Source of the DNA: Alphaproteobacteria bacterium
Lineage (GTDB): Bacteria; Pseudomonadota; Alphaproteobacteria; UBA2966
Assembly (NCBI GenBank): GCA_964291395.2
Contig: OZ219856.1
Coordinates: 2,304,001-2,368,000 of the forward strand
Direction of reading: 5' to 3'
DNA length: 64,000 nucleotides
Shown: piece by piece, positions 25,518 through 36,220 of the stretch
How the letters are laid out: every line of letters begins with the position of its first letter
Position numbering within the stretch: position 1 is the first letter of the stretch
Program-made: the position numbers and the translations under genes
The notes under the pieces: model-generated
Database searches by the model: none
What the model was told of the DNA's origin: nothing
The model's input: only the letters and a program-made list of their open reading frames with translations

Positions 25518-27776
25518 TTGACCCGGGGTCGTCGCACGCGAGGGCCGCGCGTGCCCAAGGACAAAGCAAAGACGTCGGCCGCCTTTCCGTCGCGGGAAGA
25601 AGTGCTGCGATTCATTCACGACAGCCCCGACCGCGCGGGCAAGCGGGAGATCGCGCGGGCCTTCGGGATCTCGGGCGCGGACCGCATACGGCTCAAGAGG
25701 CTGCTCAGGGAACTGGGCGACGAAGGGCTCATCGCGAGGGGACGCCGCCGATCACCCTACGCGGCCGGCGGGCTCCCGCCGGTCACGGTCATTGAAATCA
25801 CGGGTATCGATACCGACGGCGAACTCTACGCACGCCCCACGCAGTGGAACGGCGAAACGGAACCGCCGCGCATCATCATGACTCCCGGCCAGCCCGACGG
25901 CACAGGCCTGGCCCCCGGCAATCGCGCTCTGGCGAAGCTGCGACGGACCCCGGACGGCATTTACGAGGCCCGGGTCATACGCCGACTCGCGGATCAGCCC
26001 GATGAAATCCTCGGTGTATACAACCTCGTCGCCGGCCACGGCCGCATCGTGCCGACGGACCGGCGCATCAAACGGGAATTCGTCGTGGCCGGTCCGGACT
26101 CGCTCGGCGCCTACCCCGGCGAAGTCGTGCTGGCCGAAACCCTGCGGGGCACGCGACTGGGCCTCGGCAAGGCGCGGGTCGTGGAGCGCCTCGGCTCTTT
26201 CGAGGATCCACGCAGCTACAGCCTGATCGCCATCCGCAACCAGGGCATTCCCATCACCTTCGGCGCGGCGGCTCTGGCAGAAGCGGAGGCCGCGACGCCG
26301 GTCCCGATCGGCCGGCGGCGCGACCTAAGGAACCTGCCGCTCGTCACCATCGACCCTGCCGATGCCCGGGATCACGACGACGCCGTTTGGGCGGTCCCCG
26401 ACGACGACCCCGGAAACCCCGGCGGGTGGAAAATCGTCGTCGCGATCGCCGACGTCGCGGCCTACGTCCGCCCCGGGTCGGCGCTCGACACGGATGCCCG
26501 CGAGCGGGGCAATTCCGTCTACTTTCCGGACCGCGTGGTGCCGATGCTGCCGGAGGCGTTATCGAGCGACCTGTGCTCGCTCAAGGCGGGCGTCGACCGT
26601 GCCTGCCTGGCGGCGTTCCTGTGGATCGACGCCGACGGAAACCCGCGCCGCCACGAGTTCGTCCGGGGCATGATGCGCGCCGCGGCAAACCTCACTTATC
26701 GGAGCGCCCAGCAATCACGGGACGACGGTCATGCGGACGACGTTGCGATGGTCCTCGATCCCGTGATCTCGAATCTGTACGAAGCTTACGCGACGCTTCG
26801 GCGCGCCCGCGAGCGCCGGCAACCGCTCGATATCGAGCTTCCCGAACTTCGGGTCGCACTCGGCGACGACGGACACGTGGAGAGCGTAAAACCGAGGGCC
26901 CGCTGGGACTCGCATCGCCTGATCGAGGAATTCATGATCGCGGCCAACGTCGCCGCGGCGGAAACCCTGCAAGACCGCGACGCCCCGTGCATGTACCGGG
27001 TGCACGAGCGTCCCGAAGACGAAAGGGTCGAGGCGCTTCGCGCGCTTCTGGCAAGCCTGGGTCTCCGGCTGGCGAAGGGGCAGGCGATCAAGGCCGAACA
27101 CTTCAACCGGATCCTGCGGCAGGTCGCCGCGACGCCTCACGCCCGCCTCGTCAACGAGGTGGTCCTTCGGACACAGACCCAGGCCTTCTACAGCCTCGAA
27201 AACGGCGGGCATTTCGGTCTCAACCTGCGCCGCTACGCGCATTTTACGTCGCCCATCCGCCGTTACGCGGACCTCCTGGTGCACCGCAGCCTGATCACGG
27301 CGCTGGGACTCGGCGACGACGGTCTCGCCGGGAGTATCGACGATGAACCGCCCGGGCTCGGAGATCGGATATCCGCGGCGGAACGGCGCGCCATGGCGGC
27401 CGAGCGCGAAGCGTTGGACAGATATCTCGCCGCCTACCTCGAGCCGCGCCGAGGTGCCACGTTCACGGGGCGAATCTCGGGCGTGACCCGGTTCGGTCTC
27501 TTCGTGACCCTCGACGGCGTCGGCGCCGACGGTCTGGTGCCGGTCCGCACGCTGGGCGACGACTTCTACATCCATGACGAAACGCGACACGCACTGGTCG
27601 GGGAGCGCACGGGGACGACGTTCTCCCTCGGATCGGCGATCGACGTCCGGCTCGTCGAGGCCGACACGGTCACGGGATCACTTCGTCTCGAATTGATCGG
27701 GGAAAAGGGTCCTTTCCCGCCCCTCCATGACCGGCGTCGGCAGGTGGACAGGACCCGGCGGGTCCGGCAACGTTAG
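25518..27776 (+). CDS. rnr: Ribonuclease R
   Basis: TIDPADARDHDDA, RGNSVYFP, LIEEFMIAAN, HFTSPIRRYADL, C-terminal S1 domain. Confidence 0.95.
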   Translation: MTRGRRTRGPRVPKDKAKTSAAFPSREEVLRFIHDSPDRAGKREIARAFGISGADRIRLKRLLRELGDEGLIARGRRRSPYAAGGLPPVTVIEITGIDTDGELYARPTQWNGETEPPRIIMTPGQPDGTGLAPGNRALAKLRRTPDGIYEARVIRRLADQPDEILGVYNLVAGHGRIVPTDRRIKREFVVAGPDSLGAYPGEVVLAETLRGTRLGLGKARVVERLGSFEDPRSYSLIAIRNQGIPITFGAAALAEAEAATPVPIGRRRDLRNLPLVTIDPADARDHDDAVWAVPDDDPGNPGGWKIVVAIADVAAYVRPGSALDTDARERGNSVYFPDRVVPMLPEALSSDLCSLKAGVDRACLAAFLWIDADGNPRRHEFVRGMMRAAANLTYRSAQQSRDDGHADDVAMVLDPVISNLYEAYATLRRARERRQPLDIELPELRVALGDDGHVESVKPRARWDSHRLIEEFMIAANVAAAETLQDRDAPCMYRVHERPEDERVEALRALLASLGLRLAKGQAIKAEHFNRILRQVAATPHARLVNEVVLRTQTQAFYSLENGGHFGLNLRRYAHFTSPIRRYADLLVHRSLITALGLGDDGLAGSIDDEPPGLGDRISAAERRAMAAEREALDRYLAAYLEPRRGATFTGRISGVTRFGLFVTLDGVGADGLVPVRTLGDDFYIHDETRHALVGERTGTTFSLGSAIDVRLVEADTVTGSLRLELIGEKGPFPPLHDRRRQVDRTRRVRQR

Positions 27777-27818
27777 GCCTCCGTCGCGGTCCCGCGCCGC
27801 ACGCAACGCCATCGTACA

Positions 27819-28505
27819 ATGTCTGACGCGCCCAAACAGCGACCGCCGCGACCGAGACACGCCGCGAGCCTCATCCTCTACCGCAAGCCGAAACGGGGGG
27901 CGGTCGAGATCCTGATGGGACGCCGCGACACCAAAACCCGCTTCATGCCGAGCGTGTACGTGTTCCCCGGGGGGCGCGTCGATTCCGGCGACTGGCACGC
28001 CCGGGAAGCGACACCGCTCGCCGACCACGTTCTGGCCCGGCTGACCCGCCGATGCAGCGCCGGCCGGGCGCGGGCACATGCCATGGCCGCGGTTCGCGAG
28101 ACCTACGAGGAGACCGGTCTGCTTTTGGGTCAGCGAACCCCGGATGCCGGGTCCGGCCCGCCGTCCTGGCGGCATTTCCATGAAACGGGGTATGCGCCGG
28201 CCCTGCACCGGCTCGACTATCTCGCCCGGGCGCTTACGCCGTCGAATCGCCCGATCCGCTATGACGCGCGGTTCTTTCTTGCCGAAGGGACCAAGGCCGA
28301 AGGACGGCTCGGCGGCAACGGCGAGCTCCACGACCTGCACTGGGTCGCCGTCGACCATGCTCACGACCTGCCGCTTCCCAGCGTCACGACGCACATGCTG
28401 CTCGAGATCGAGCGCTACATGGCGAATCCGCCAAAGAGGAACGACGACTGGCAGGTCTCGTTCTTCTCCCATCGCCGGGGACGGTTCTACCATCGCTATG
28501 AGTAG
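27819..28505 (+). CDS. NUDIX hydrolase
   Basis: PRHAASLIL, FMPSVYVFPGG, AAVRETYEETG, RYDARFF. Confidence 0.88.
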   Translation: MSDAPKQRPPRPRHAASLILYRKPKRGAVEILMGRRDTKTRFMPSVYVFPGGRVDSGDWHAREATPLADHVLARLTRRCSAGRARAHAMAAVRETYEETGLLLGQRTPDAGSGPPSWRHFHETGYAPALHRLDYLARALTPSNRPIRYDARFFLAEGTKAEGRLGGNGELHDLHWVAVDHAHDLPLPSVTTHMLLEIERYMANPPKRNDDWQVSFFSHRRGRFYHRYE

Positions 28506-28574
28506 ACGGCGGCCGAGCTGAGCGGGAAGGGTCTCACGGCCGGCGACCGCCGCCGCAGTCTGATCGCCATCTAC

Positions 28575-29690
28575 GTGGCCGCGGCGGCCTTCGGGTTCAC
28601 GTTCGGGCTCTCCTCCCCCCTGCTCTCGCTGATCCTCGAGTCGAGGGAGGTGGGAAGCTCCATGATCGGGCTGAACGGCGCGATGACGTCCGTCGGGTTC
28701 CTCGCCTCCGCCCCCGTCATTCCCTTTCTCATTCGACGATTCGGCGTCATGCGGTTCATCACCCTCAGCGCCCTTGCCGCGACCACCGCCCTCCTGCTGT
28801 TGCGGGTGATCGACGATCTCCCGGCCTGGTTTCTGCTCCGATTCATCTTCGGCGCGGCCCTGAACGGCCTGCTGCTCGTCAGCGAGACCTGGATCAATCA
28901 GATCGCGGACCCCGCGAGCCGCGGACGGGCGATCGCGATCTACGTCACGGTCATCGCGGCGGCCTTCGCCGTCGGCCCGATGATCATTCCCCTCACCGGT
29001 ATCGAGGGCTGGACACCCTTCATCGTCGGCGCCATGGCCGTCTTGGCGTCGGCGGCCGCATTCCGGCCGGTTCGGCGCATCGCGCCGCGCTTCGACGACC
29101 GCCAAACGCTGGCGATCGTCTCCTTCTTCAAGGTGGCGCCCACCCTGATGGCCGCCGTGGCCGCCGTCGCCGTCATCGACGGCGCGATGGTCGTGCATCT
29201 CGCCGTCTATGGCCTGCGCCTCGAGGCCGGTCTCGCCCTCGCCGCGGGCATGGTGTCCGCGTTCATGGTGGGCAACGTGCTGCTCCAGATCCCCCTCGGA
29301 TGGATGGCGGACCGTTCGAACGGGTACCGGATTCTCGCGGGCTGCGCAGCCGCCGGCATCGTGTGCGGCCTGGTCATCGTCGCCTTCGCGCCCGTCCACG
29401 TAGTCGTATTGCCGGTCCTGGTCCTCTGGGGCGGCTTCACCTACGGCCTCTACACCATCGCGTTGACGCTGCTCGGCGGGCGCTTCTCCGGCACCAATCT
29501 GGTCGCGGCCAATGCCGCCTTTGCGCTGATGTGGGGTGCCGGCGGCATCGTCGGCCCGGCGGTCGGCGGCGTGGCCATGGATGCCGTCGGGCCTCACGGC
29601 CTTCCCCTGACCGTCGTCGCGGCGTGCGCCCTCTTCCTCGTCCTGCTCCTGCTCCGGCATCCCGAAGCGCTGGCCCGAAGACGTCCATAG
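28575..29690 (+). CDS. MFS transporter (YcaD-like); true start probably further upstream
   Basis: Many hydrophobic TM segments, SETWINQIADPASRGRA, QIPLGWMADR; frame open back to 28506. Confidence 0.85.
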   Translation: MAAAAFGFTFGLSSPLLSLILESREVGSSMIGLNGAMTSVGFLASAPVIPFLIRRFGVMRFITLSALAATTALLLLRVIDDLPAWFLLRFIFGAALNGLLLVSETWINQIADPASRGRAIAIYVTVIAAAFAVGPMIIPLTGIEGWTPFIVGAMAVLASAAAFRPVRRIAPRFDDRQTLAIVSFFKVAPTLMAAVAAVAVIDGAMVVHLAVYGLRLEAGLALAAGMVSAFMVGNVLLQIPLGWMADRSNGYRILAGCAAAGIVCGLVIVAFAPVHVVVLPVLVLWGGFTYGLYTIALTLLGGRFSGTNLVAANAAFALMWGAGGIVGPAVGGVAMDAVGPHGLPLTVVAACALFLVLLLLRHPEALARRRP

Positions 29691-29792
29691 ATCATCGAAC
29701 CCCCGGAACGGGCGCCCGCCCCCCGGGGGTCTTGCCATCCTTGCCGACAGACTCGCTAGAATTGGAACGGAAACGCGTTTCGGGAGGAGAGC

Positions 29793-30944
29793 TTGAAGGT
29801 CACCGATATCAAGGTCCATGCCGTCGAAGCCGTACGGCGGAACTGGACGTTCATCGAGGTCGAAACGGATGCCGGGATCACCGGACTCGGCGAGATTACG
29901 TTGGAAATGTTCGACACGGGCGTCGCCGCCGCGGTCGAGGACTACAAGCGCCTTCTCATCGGCGAGAACCCGCTCGAGATCGAGCGCCTGTACGATCATC
30001 TCGTCCGAAACAAGTTCTGGCGGACCGACACCCTCAGCACCACAGTACTCTCCGGTATCGACATCGCGCTCTGGGACATCAAGGGCAAGGAGCTCGGCGT
30101 GCCTGTCTATCAGCTCCTTGGAGGCCCCGTTCGCGATACCGTCCGTGCCTACGGAAACTACTGGTTCCTGGGAGCGACCAAGGATGACTATGCGCGAACC
30201 GTCGACGACTATGCCCGGGCGGCGGCGCGCGCCGTCGACGAGGGCTGGGACGCCCTCAAATGGAGCCCGTTCGGCTCGTCCGCCTACACGACGACGATCG
30301 ATGAGGAGCGCGTGATCATCGAATGCGTCAAACGCGTGCGGGAAGCCGTCGGTGACCGCGCGGACCTGCTGCTCGACGCGCACGGACGCTTCAACTTGCC
30401 CACCATCAAGCGCATCTCTCGTAAACTCGAACCCTACGAACCGTTTTTCATCGAAGAACCAATTCCCCCGGAAAACGTCGAGGCGATGGTGGAATTGAAG
30501 CGCTCAACCCGGGTACCACTGGCGACAGGCGAACGCCTCATCACCAAGCACCAGTTCCGGGATCTGTTGAACAGCTTCGCCGTGGACTACATCCAACCGG
30601 ACATCATCCATACCGGCGGCATCACGGAGATGAAGAAGATCGCGGCCCTCGCCGAAGCCTTCTACATCCCGTTAATTCCGCATAATCCAAACGGCCCCGT
30701 GGCGACGGCCGCGACCATCCACCTGGCGGCCAGCATCCCCAATTTCATGCTGACCGAGTATATCGACCTTCCCGAAAGGGCCGATGTGCTCGTCGAGCCG
30801 CTGGTCGTGGAGAACGGTCGGTTTGCCCTGCCCACGAAACCCGGCCTCGGCATCGAACTGAACAAGAAGGTCTTCAAGAACTATCCACCGCAGGAGCGCG
30901 AGTGGGATCACTACTCCCCGGTGCGAAACATCCGGATGTCTTGA
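29793..30944 (+). CDS. Mandelate racemase/enolase superfamily dehydratase (galactonate dehydratase-like)
   Basis: TTG start with GGAGGAG SD; GIDIALWDIKGK, LLDAHGRF, FIEEP, TGER, QPDI, PHNPNGP. Confidence 0.9.
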   Translation: MKVTDIKVHAVEAVRRNWTFIEVETDAGITGLGEITLEMFDTGVAAAVEDYKRLLIGENPLEIERLYDHLVRNKFWRTDTLSTTVLSGIDIALWDIKGKELGVPVYQLLGGPVRDTVRAYGNYWFLGATKDDYARTVDDYARAAARAVDEGWDALKWSPFGSSAYTTTIDEERVIIECVKRVREAVGDRADLLLDAHGRFNLPTIKRISRKLEPYEPFFIEEPIPPENVEAMVELKRSTRVPLATGERLITKHQFRDLLNSFAVDYIQPDIIHTGGITEMKKIAALAEAFYIPLIPHNPNGPVATAATIHLAASIPNFMLTEYIDLPERADVLVEPLVVENGRFALPTKPGLGIELNKKVFKNYPPQEREWDHYSPVRNIRMS

Positions 30945-31138
30945 GGAGGCGCCTATCCTACCGCCTTTCCGAGTATTTCGGGGGGAAGCGGCACGGTATT
31001 CCCGGAACCGTTCCCGCCAAGAAGCGGTTCACCTCTTCCGGCACCGGAGCATGACATCCGCCGCTCGAGCGCAGCGACTGACCGCGCGACAAAGCGAAAG
31101 ACCGGCCAATGATGGCCGGACGCCCGGATACGGGCGGA

Positions 31139-33172
31139 TCAGTTGACGGCGGTGGTATCCGGCCCGACCGGCGCGCCGAGCAAACGGATATCAGTCAAAC
31201 CCGGAGCTCCGTCCAAAACATGGCGGTAGACCCGGACGCTTTCCAGGACCCGTTGGACGTAATTGCGGGTTTCGGAGAACGGCACCAGTTCGATCCAGTC
31301 GATGGCATCGATCGCCCCGCCACGCGGGTCCCCATACGTCCGCAGCCATCTGTCGACGCGTGACGGCCCGGCATTGTACGCCGCAAGCGCGAGGGCATAG
31401 GCACCCCGATAGTCCGAAAGCAACTTGGACAGATAGGCACTGCCAAGCATGATGTTGTAGCCCGGGTCGCGTGTCAGCCGAGATTTGCTGTAAGCGACAC
31501 CAAGCGTCCGGGACAGTCGCTTCGCGGTACTCGGCTTCAATTGCATCAGACCGCGTGCCCCCGCGCCGCTGACCGCCAGCGGGTTCATCTCGCTTTCCTG
31601 CCGCGCCAAGCCCAGCAACAACGCGATGTCGGGAGGATCCGGCACGCGGCCGACGTCCGCCTCACCGAAGGAGACCGGATAGTTGTACGCGACGAGGTGG
31701 ACGCCGCTTCGCGTCGCCCGCTTCGCCGCCTTGACCGAGACATGCGGTGCGCCGTAGGTCAAGCCCATCTGGCTGACAAGAAGATGTTCCCCCGGCGTCC
31801 TGGCCCCCCGGCTCAGGTGCATGACGAACGTCTTCAGAGCGTCGAAATCTCCCGCTTCGCCCAGCATTCGCGCCGCCTGCACCAGCGGACGCGCCTCGAA
31901 CCGATCGCGCAGCTCGGGCGCAACGGACGGTTCTCCGACCGTGAAACCGTCGGTCGGGAACAAGGACAGGGCCCGGCCGGCCAATTGGCCGTAGAACGTG
32001 GTCGGATGACGGGCAGCGAGCCGAAACCAGATCTTCGCCAGGTCCTCGTCGTCGTCGGCCCGCGCGGCGCGCCCGGCCCAATAGGCCGCGCGGGCGCGGC
32101 TGATCGGATAGCGGACCCGGTCATACATCACCGTGAAATGACTCAAGGCAACGATCGGTTCGTCTAGAAATCGCAAGGCCAGCCAACCGGCCAGCCACTC
32201 CGCCTCCGCAAACGAACCTTTGTCGATCTGCCCGTGTCCGGAGGCGACGGCGTAGGCATCGTCGACCAGGCCGTCCTCGATCGCCTGGCGAATCTGGTAG
32301 CTTTGCTCGTACCACCATTTGCCGGGGCGGCCGAGATCCGCGGGCAGGTCGAGAAGCAATTCCCGGGCCCCGGAATCCTTGCCGGCGCGACGGCGCCAAC
32401 GGACTCGTTCGAATATCAGGCCGGGATGGTTCACCAGTCCATTCGGCACCCGCTTGATCGCCGCATCGACCCCGCGCCTGCGCTCCATCAGGGCAAGGCG
32501 TGCTTGAGCCAAACGCCGGTGGCTCTTGTCGGCATGTCTGAACAGGCGCCGGGCGGCATGGCGACGACCGTCCCACAACAGCCGATCGAGCCGAAGATTG
32601 TGATGGTCAACGCCGAGCACGGCCTTGTGCTTCCTTAGGAAAGACTTCTCCTGGTGTGCCGGAAAATCGGCGTTGATCCAGGTGTCACGGAGCATTCGAC
32701 GACCGGCGTCAATATCGCCATCGGCGATCAGAGCTTCCGCCAAACGCTGTTTGCCGGGTCCGGTCAGCGGCGGAAAGCGGGTGAACCAGGCACGGGCGCG
32801 CGGGCCCGCAAATGTATCGGGCATCCGTTCTTCGGCGCGCCGCATCAGCGCCGCGCGACCCGGCCAGTCCGGATATGCATCGAGAAACGATTTGATATCG
32901 GCGAATGGCACATCGGCCTTCTGTCGCCGGAGACGGTGCCACTCGATCAACGCCAGCGCCAACGGATGGCCGATCCGTTTGGCACCGCCGATCGCAGCTC
33001 GCCACTTGTCGCGGGCGGCAGCTCGCAGGGCCTGCTGAAACTGTTTCCGGTCGGACTCGCTCAGGATACGCGGTGACGTATCGGCGGTCGCGATCGAGCA
33101 TCCGGCAAACCAGAACAGAACGCAGCCGGCAAGCGCCGCACCAATTCCCGACCGAATACCGCGCTCTCTCAT
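31139..33172 (-). CDS. Soluble lytic murein transglycosylase (Slt70-like)
   Basis: Signal peptide; ARQESE, GARGLMQL, AAYNAGP, PFSETRNYVQRV. Confidence 0.93.
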   Translation of the reverse strand: MRERGIRSGIGAALAGCVLFWFAGCSIATADTSPRILSESDRKQFQQALRAAARDKWRAAIGGAKRIGHPLALALIEWHRLRRQKADVPFADIKSFLDAYPDWPGRAALMRRAEERMPDTFAGPRARAWFTRFPPLTGPGKQRLAEALIADGDIDAGRRMLRDTWINADFPAHQEKSFLRKHKAVLGVDHHNLRLDRLLWDGRRHAARRLFRHADKSHRRLAQARLALMERRRGVDAAIKRVPNGLVNHPGLIFERVRWRRRAGKDSGARELLLDLPADLGRPGKWWYEQSYQIRQAIEDGLVDDAYAVASGHGQIDKGSFAEAEWLAGWLALRFLDEPIVALSHFTVMYDRVRYPISRARAAYWAGRAARADDDEDLAKIWFRLAARHPTTFYGQLAGRALSLFPTDGFTVGEPSVAPELRDRFEARPLVQAARMLGEAGDFDALKTFVMHLSRGARTPGEHLLVSQMGLTYGAPHVSVKAAKRATRSGVHLVAYNYPVSFGEADVGRVPDPPDIALLLGLARQESEMNPLAVSGAGARGLMQLKPSTAKRLSRTLGVAYSKSRLTRDPGYNIMLGSAYLSKLLSDYRGAYALALAAYNAGPSRVDRWLRTYGDPRGGAIDAIDWIELVPFSETRNYVQRVLESVRVYRHVLDGAPGLTDIRLLGAPVGPDTTAVN

Positions 33173-33608
33173 GTATCTGTCTATTGTTACCGGACCGCAA
33201 AATCGGGTATCGACGAGCGATCTGAATACGAAATATTGTAAGAAAAAGAAAGATACTTGGAAGATAACAGGAGACAGGTTTTCTGTTTCTCCGGTAGCGA
33301 GGTGAGGCGACCCCGGAAAAACCGGACAGGTTGCTCAGGTGCATTCCGACGTGTGACGGAGGAACGCACACTGAGTATGGAGCACAGGTTCCCGGAGGAG
33401 CCGTTCCACCAAGCGTGAGAGTGTCCCGGGCTGCGGGCGTTACGGAGACGGACGACGCCTGAAGACGCCCAGGCCGCGGGGGATTGCTCCGATTCCTTCC
33501 CACCCGGCGGCCAACGCCTCGCGCGGCATGCACGATCGGCCGCGCGTCTCGATCCCCGCGCCCGTTGAGGCTACCCTCGAGCAACGGAAACCACGAGGAG
33601 GCATTGCC

Positions 33609-33734
33609 ATGGAACAGGCGATCGTCCAGGCGAGCAGCCCGAAATCGGCGGCGCCGTGTACCACAAACCGATCACTCATCAGGCGTCTCCATCCTTCCTT
33701 GCAAGCGATGTTTCAAGGGAAAGACCGAACATGA
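33609..33734 (+). CDS. Possible 41-aa ORF coupled to the SDR gene
   Basis: GAGGAGG SD 7 nt before ATG; its TGA overlaps the SDR ATG (ATGA). Confidence 0.3.
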   Translation: MEQAIVQASSPKSAAPCTTNRSLIRRLHPSLQAMFQGKDRT

Positions 33735-34492
33735 CCGACACACACCCGCGCGTGGTCCTGATCACGGGCGCGACTTCCGGCATCGGCGCCGGTACCGCCA
33801 AGAAGTTCGCCGAGGAAGGCTGGCACCTCGTGCTGACCGGCCGTCGCGCAGACCGCCTGGAAGAGGCAAGAGAGACCCTCGGTGTGCCGGTGCACACCAT
33901 TTGCGCGGACGTCACCGACCTCACCGCGATGACCGAGGCGCTGTCATCCCTGCCGGCGCCCTTCGATGCCGTGGAAGTACTGGTCAACAACGCCGGTCAC
34001 GGAATCGGCACCGACGCCAAGTTCCAGGAGGCCGACCTCGAACAGCTTCATGCCATGGTGGAGGCCAATATCGGCGGCGTGCTGACCTGCACGCGGCTTT
34101 TGCTGCCAGGCATGATCGAGCGCGGCCGCGGCCACGTGATCAACCTCGGCTCGATCTTCCACCGCTACCCCTATCCCATAAGCCACGTCTACAACTCGAC
34201 CAAGGCATTCGTCGAGAACTTCACCCAGGGCCTGCGCGCCGATCTTCTCGGCACTGACGTCAAGGTCTCAACCATCGAGCCGGGCCTGGTGCTGACCGAG
34301 TTCGTCGAGCGCCGCTTCCATGGCGATCAGGAATCGATCAAGAAGCGTTTGGGCGACGCCGACGGGCTGCTGCCGGAGGACATCGCGGAATGCATCTGGT
34401 TCTGCGTCAATACGCCGCGCCGGATGACCGTCTCGCGCCTCGAGGTGGTGATGACCGATCAGGCCCCCGCCCCCAACCTGGTGATCAATTGA
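33731..34492 (+). CDS. SDR oxidoreductase (YdfG/serine 3-dehydrogenase-like)
   Basis: TGATSGIG, NNAG, YNSTK, IEPGLV. Confidence 0.9.
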   Translation: MTDTHPRVVLITGATSGIGAGTAKKFAEEGWHLVLTGRRADRLEEARETLGVPVHTICADVTDLTAMTEALSSLPAPFDAVEVLVNNAGHGIGTDAKFQEADLEQLHAMVEANIGGVLTCTRLLLPGMIERGRGHVINLGSIFHRYPYPISHVYNSTKAFVENFTQGLRADLLGTDVKVSTIEPGLVLTEFVERRFHGDQESIKKRLGDADGLLPEDIAECIWFCVNTPRRMTVSRLEVVMTDQAPAPNLVIN

Positions 34493-34507
34493 GCGCGAGG
34501 CGTCCTC

Positions 34508-36073
34508 TTACTTCCCCATGACACGTTCGTTGATCGCCGCGACCGCGGCATGGGCTGCCAGGACCGCTCCTTCCTGCCAGCCCGGCAGCGCGCTGGCCTG
34601 GTCACCGGCAAAGCAGATCGCTCCGTCCGGCCGCTGCAGCGCCGCAGGCGCCTCCTTTCCCGCCGGCCAAGCCCCTTTCTGGAACGGCACTTTGCCCCAG
34701 GCGCGACTCACTCCCGCCTCGATTTCCCCCGCATATCCAGGATGGACACGTTCGCCCTCCTCGACCGCAACTCGCAGGCGCTCCTCCGGGCTCATCCCTT
34801 CAAAGCGAAGTCCAATGTCCTTGTTCCAGATATAGGCACCGACGATCACCCCGTTGTCGCGATGATATCCGTATGGCGGATACCAAATCTGCGTGATGTC
34901 CTGGTCGGTCCACGAGATACCCCCGTAGATGGCGTGATCCTCCTCCCAGAAGCGCCGGCGCGTCTGAAAAGCGATCTTGACGGCCGGAGCGAACGCGACC
35001 GATTCGATCGCGGCCTTCGTCTCCGGGGCGAAATCATTCTGAATGTCCTTCAGGACGGGGGCGGGTATGGAGCAGATGGCAAAATCGGCGTCCAGAGCGC
35101 CGACTGCGCCGCCCAATCCGGACCGGTAGACGATGCGGACGCCCTTCGGGCTCTTTCGGATTTCCTCGACGACGCTGCGGTAGCGTATGAAGCTTCCCAC
35201 GCGCTCTTCGAAGGCTTTCGCGATCGTATCCATCCCGCCGACCGGCTGTAGCAGTGTCGGGTTCTGGTCGAGGAAATCGTCGAAGTGGAGCTTGTATTCC
35301 CAGAAGTCCGACTTGAGCAGGTCGCTGAAATCGAGAGGATCGTCAAGTTCTCCTGCCTTGAGGCCCGCATTCAACCGCTCGCCGCGATAGCCTCCCCGCT
35401 TCGTGCCCTCGTAGAGATGGTCGGCGTTCAGATCGCCGTATTTCACGAGCATCTGGAGGAGGCGCTCCTTGTCCTCGACCGTGAGCGCGCTGTCCAGGGA
35501 CGCGCCGTCGACCGCCTTGGCAAGCAGCTCGGCGATATAGCCGCGGATATCGGTGATGACCCGGCGGGCCGACACGGGTCGGCCGTCAAAGCGCTCGCGA
35601 TTGTGAAAGAGCGCTGCGCGGTTGTCGTTCGTGAACACCTCGAGCCCGACGCCGAATTCCTTGCAATAGCCGAGAATCGTTCTGTGATGATAGGGAATCC
35701 GGGCCGGACCGAGGTTTGCGTACAGATGGTCCCCCTCGCTGAAGTTCACCCGCTGGCGGCTGTCCACCTCTCCGACGACGTCTCCGGCCCGAGCCGTCAG
35801 ATTTCGACCCCCGGCGCGGTCCGCGGCTTCAAGGATGGTGCATCTGTACCCCGCTTTGGACAGTTCGTAGGCCGCCGTCATGCCGGCGATGCCAGCCCCG
35901 AGGATTGCGACGCTCTTCCCTTCCCCCGAACCGCGCGGAAGATCGGCCCGGACCTCGTGCGCGACCTCCGTGCTCACCAAGCCCAGCGCCTGCATGCTCC
36001 GATAGACGGCGCCGACGCCGGCTGCCGCACCGACAGCCTGAAGAAAACCTCGTTTGGATATGGTCGCCTTCAT
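34508..36073 (-). CDS. Flavin monoamine oxidase family / L-amino acid oxidase
   Basis: Tat-like SKRGFL leader; ILGAGIAG, RAGGR, NLGPARIP, GGMD, FAGD, WQEGAV. Confidence 0.9.
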   Translation of the reverse strand: MKATISKRGFLQAVGAAAGVGAVYRSMQALGLVSTEVAHEVRADLPRGSGEGKSVAILGAGIAGMTAAYELSKAGYRCTILEAADRAGGRNLTARAGDVVGEVDSRQRVNFSEGDHLYANLGPARIPYHHRTILGYCKEFGVGLEVFTNDNRAALFHNRERFDGRPVSARRVITDIRGYIAELLAKAVDGASLDSALTVEDKERLLQMLVKYGDLNADHLYEGTKRGGYRGERLNAGLKAGELDDPLDFSDLLKSDFWEYKLHFDDFLDQNPTLLQPVGGMDTIAKAFEERVGSFIRYRSVVEEIRKSPKGVRIVYRSGLGGAVGALDADFAICSIPAPVLKDIQNDFAPETKAAIESVAFAPAVKIAFQTRRRFWEEDHAIYGGISWTDQDITQIWYPPYGYHRDNGVIVGAYIWNKDIGLRFEGMSPEERLRVAVEEGERVHPGYAGEIEAGVSRAWGKVPFQKGAWPAGKEAPAALQRPDGAICFAGDQASALPGWQEGAVLAAHAAVAAINERVMGK

Positions 36074-36220
36074 CGATCTCAAATGCCCGGGTCAAAATTT
36101 TCCATGGAAAGCGGAGTGTCCGAATTTAGGCCGAGTATAAGCAATGGGTGAAGCCGCTCTTTGGCTGGCGGCCATGCTCGAACTCAACATCGAGCGGGCG
36201 AAGGCCGCCAGCATCTACCG

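Noticed and set aside
12804-28505. Amber (pyrrolysine) recoding suggested by two in-frame TAGs
   Set aside because: TAG ends rpmG, topA and dprA at expected positions, the higB TAG is one step from TGG, and no pyl genes are seen
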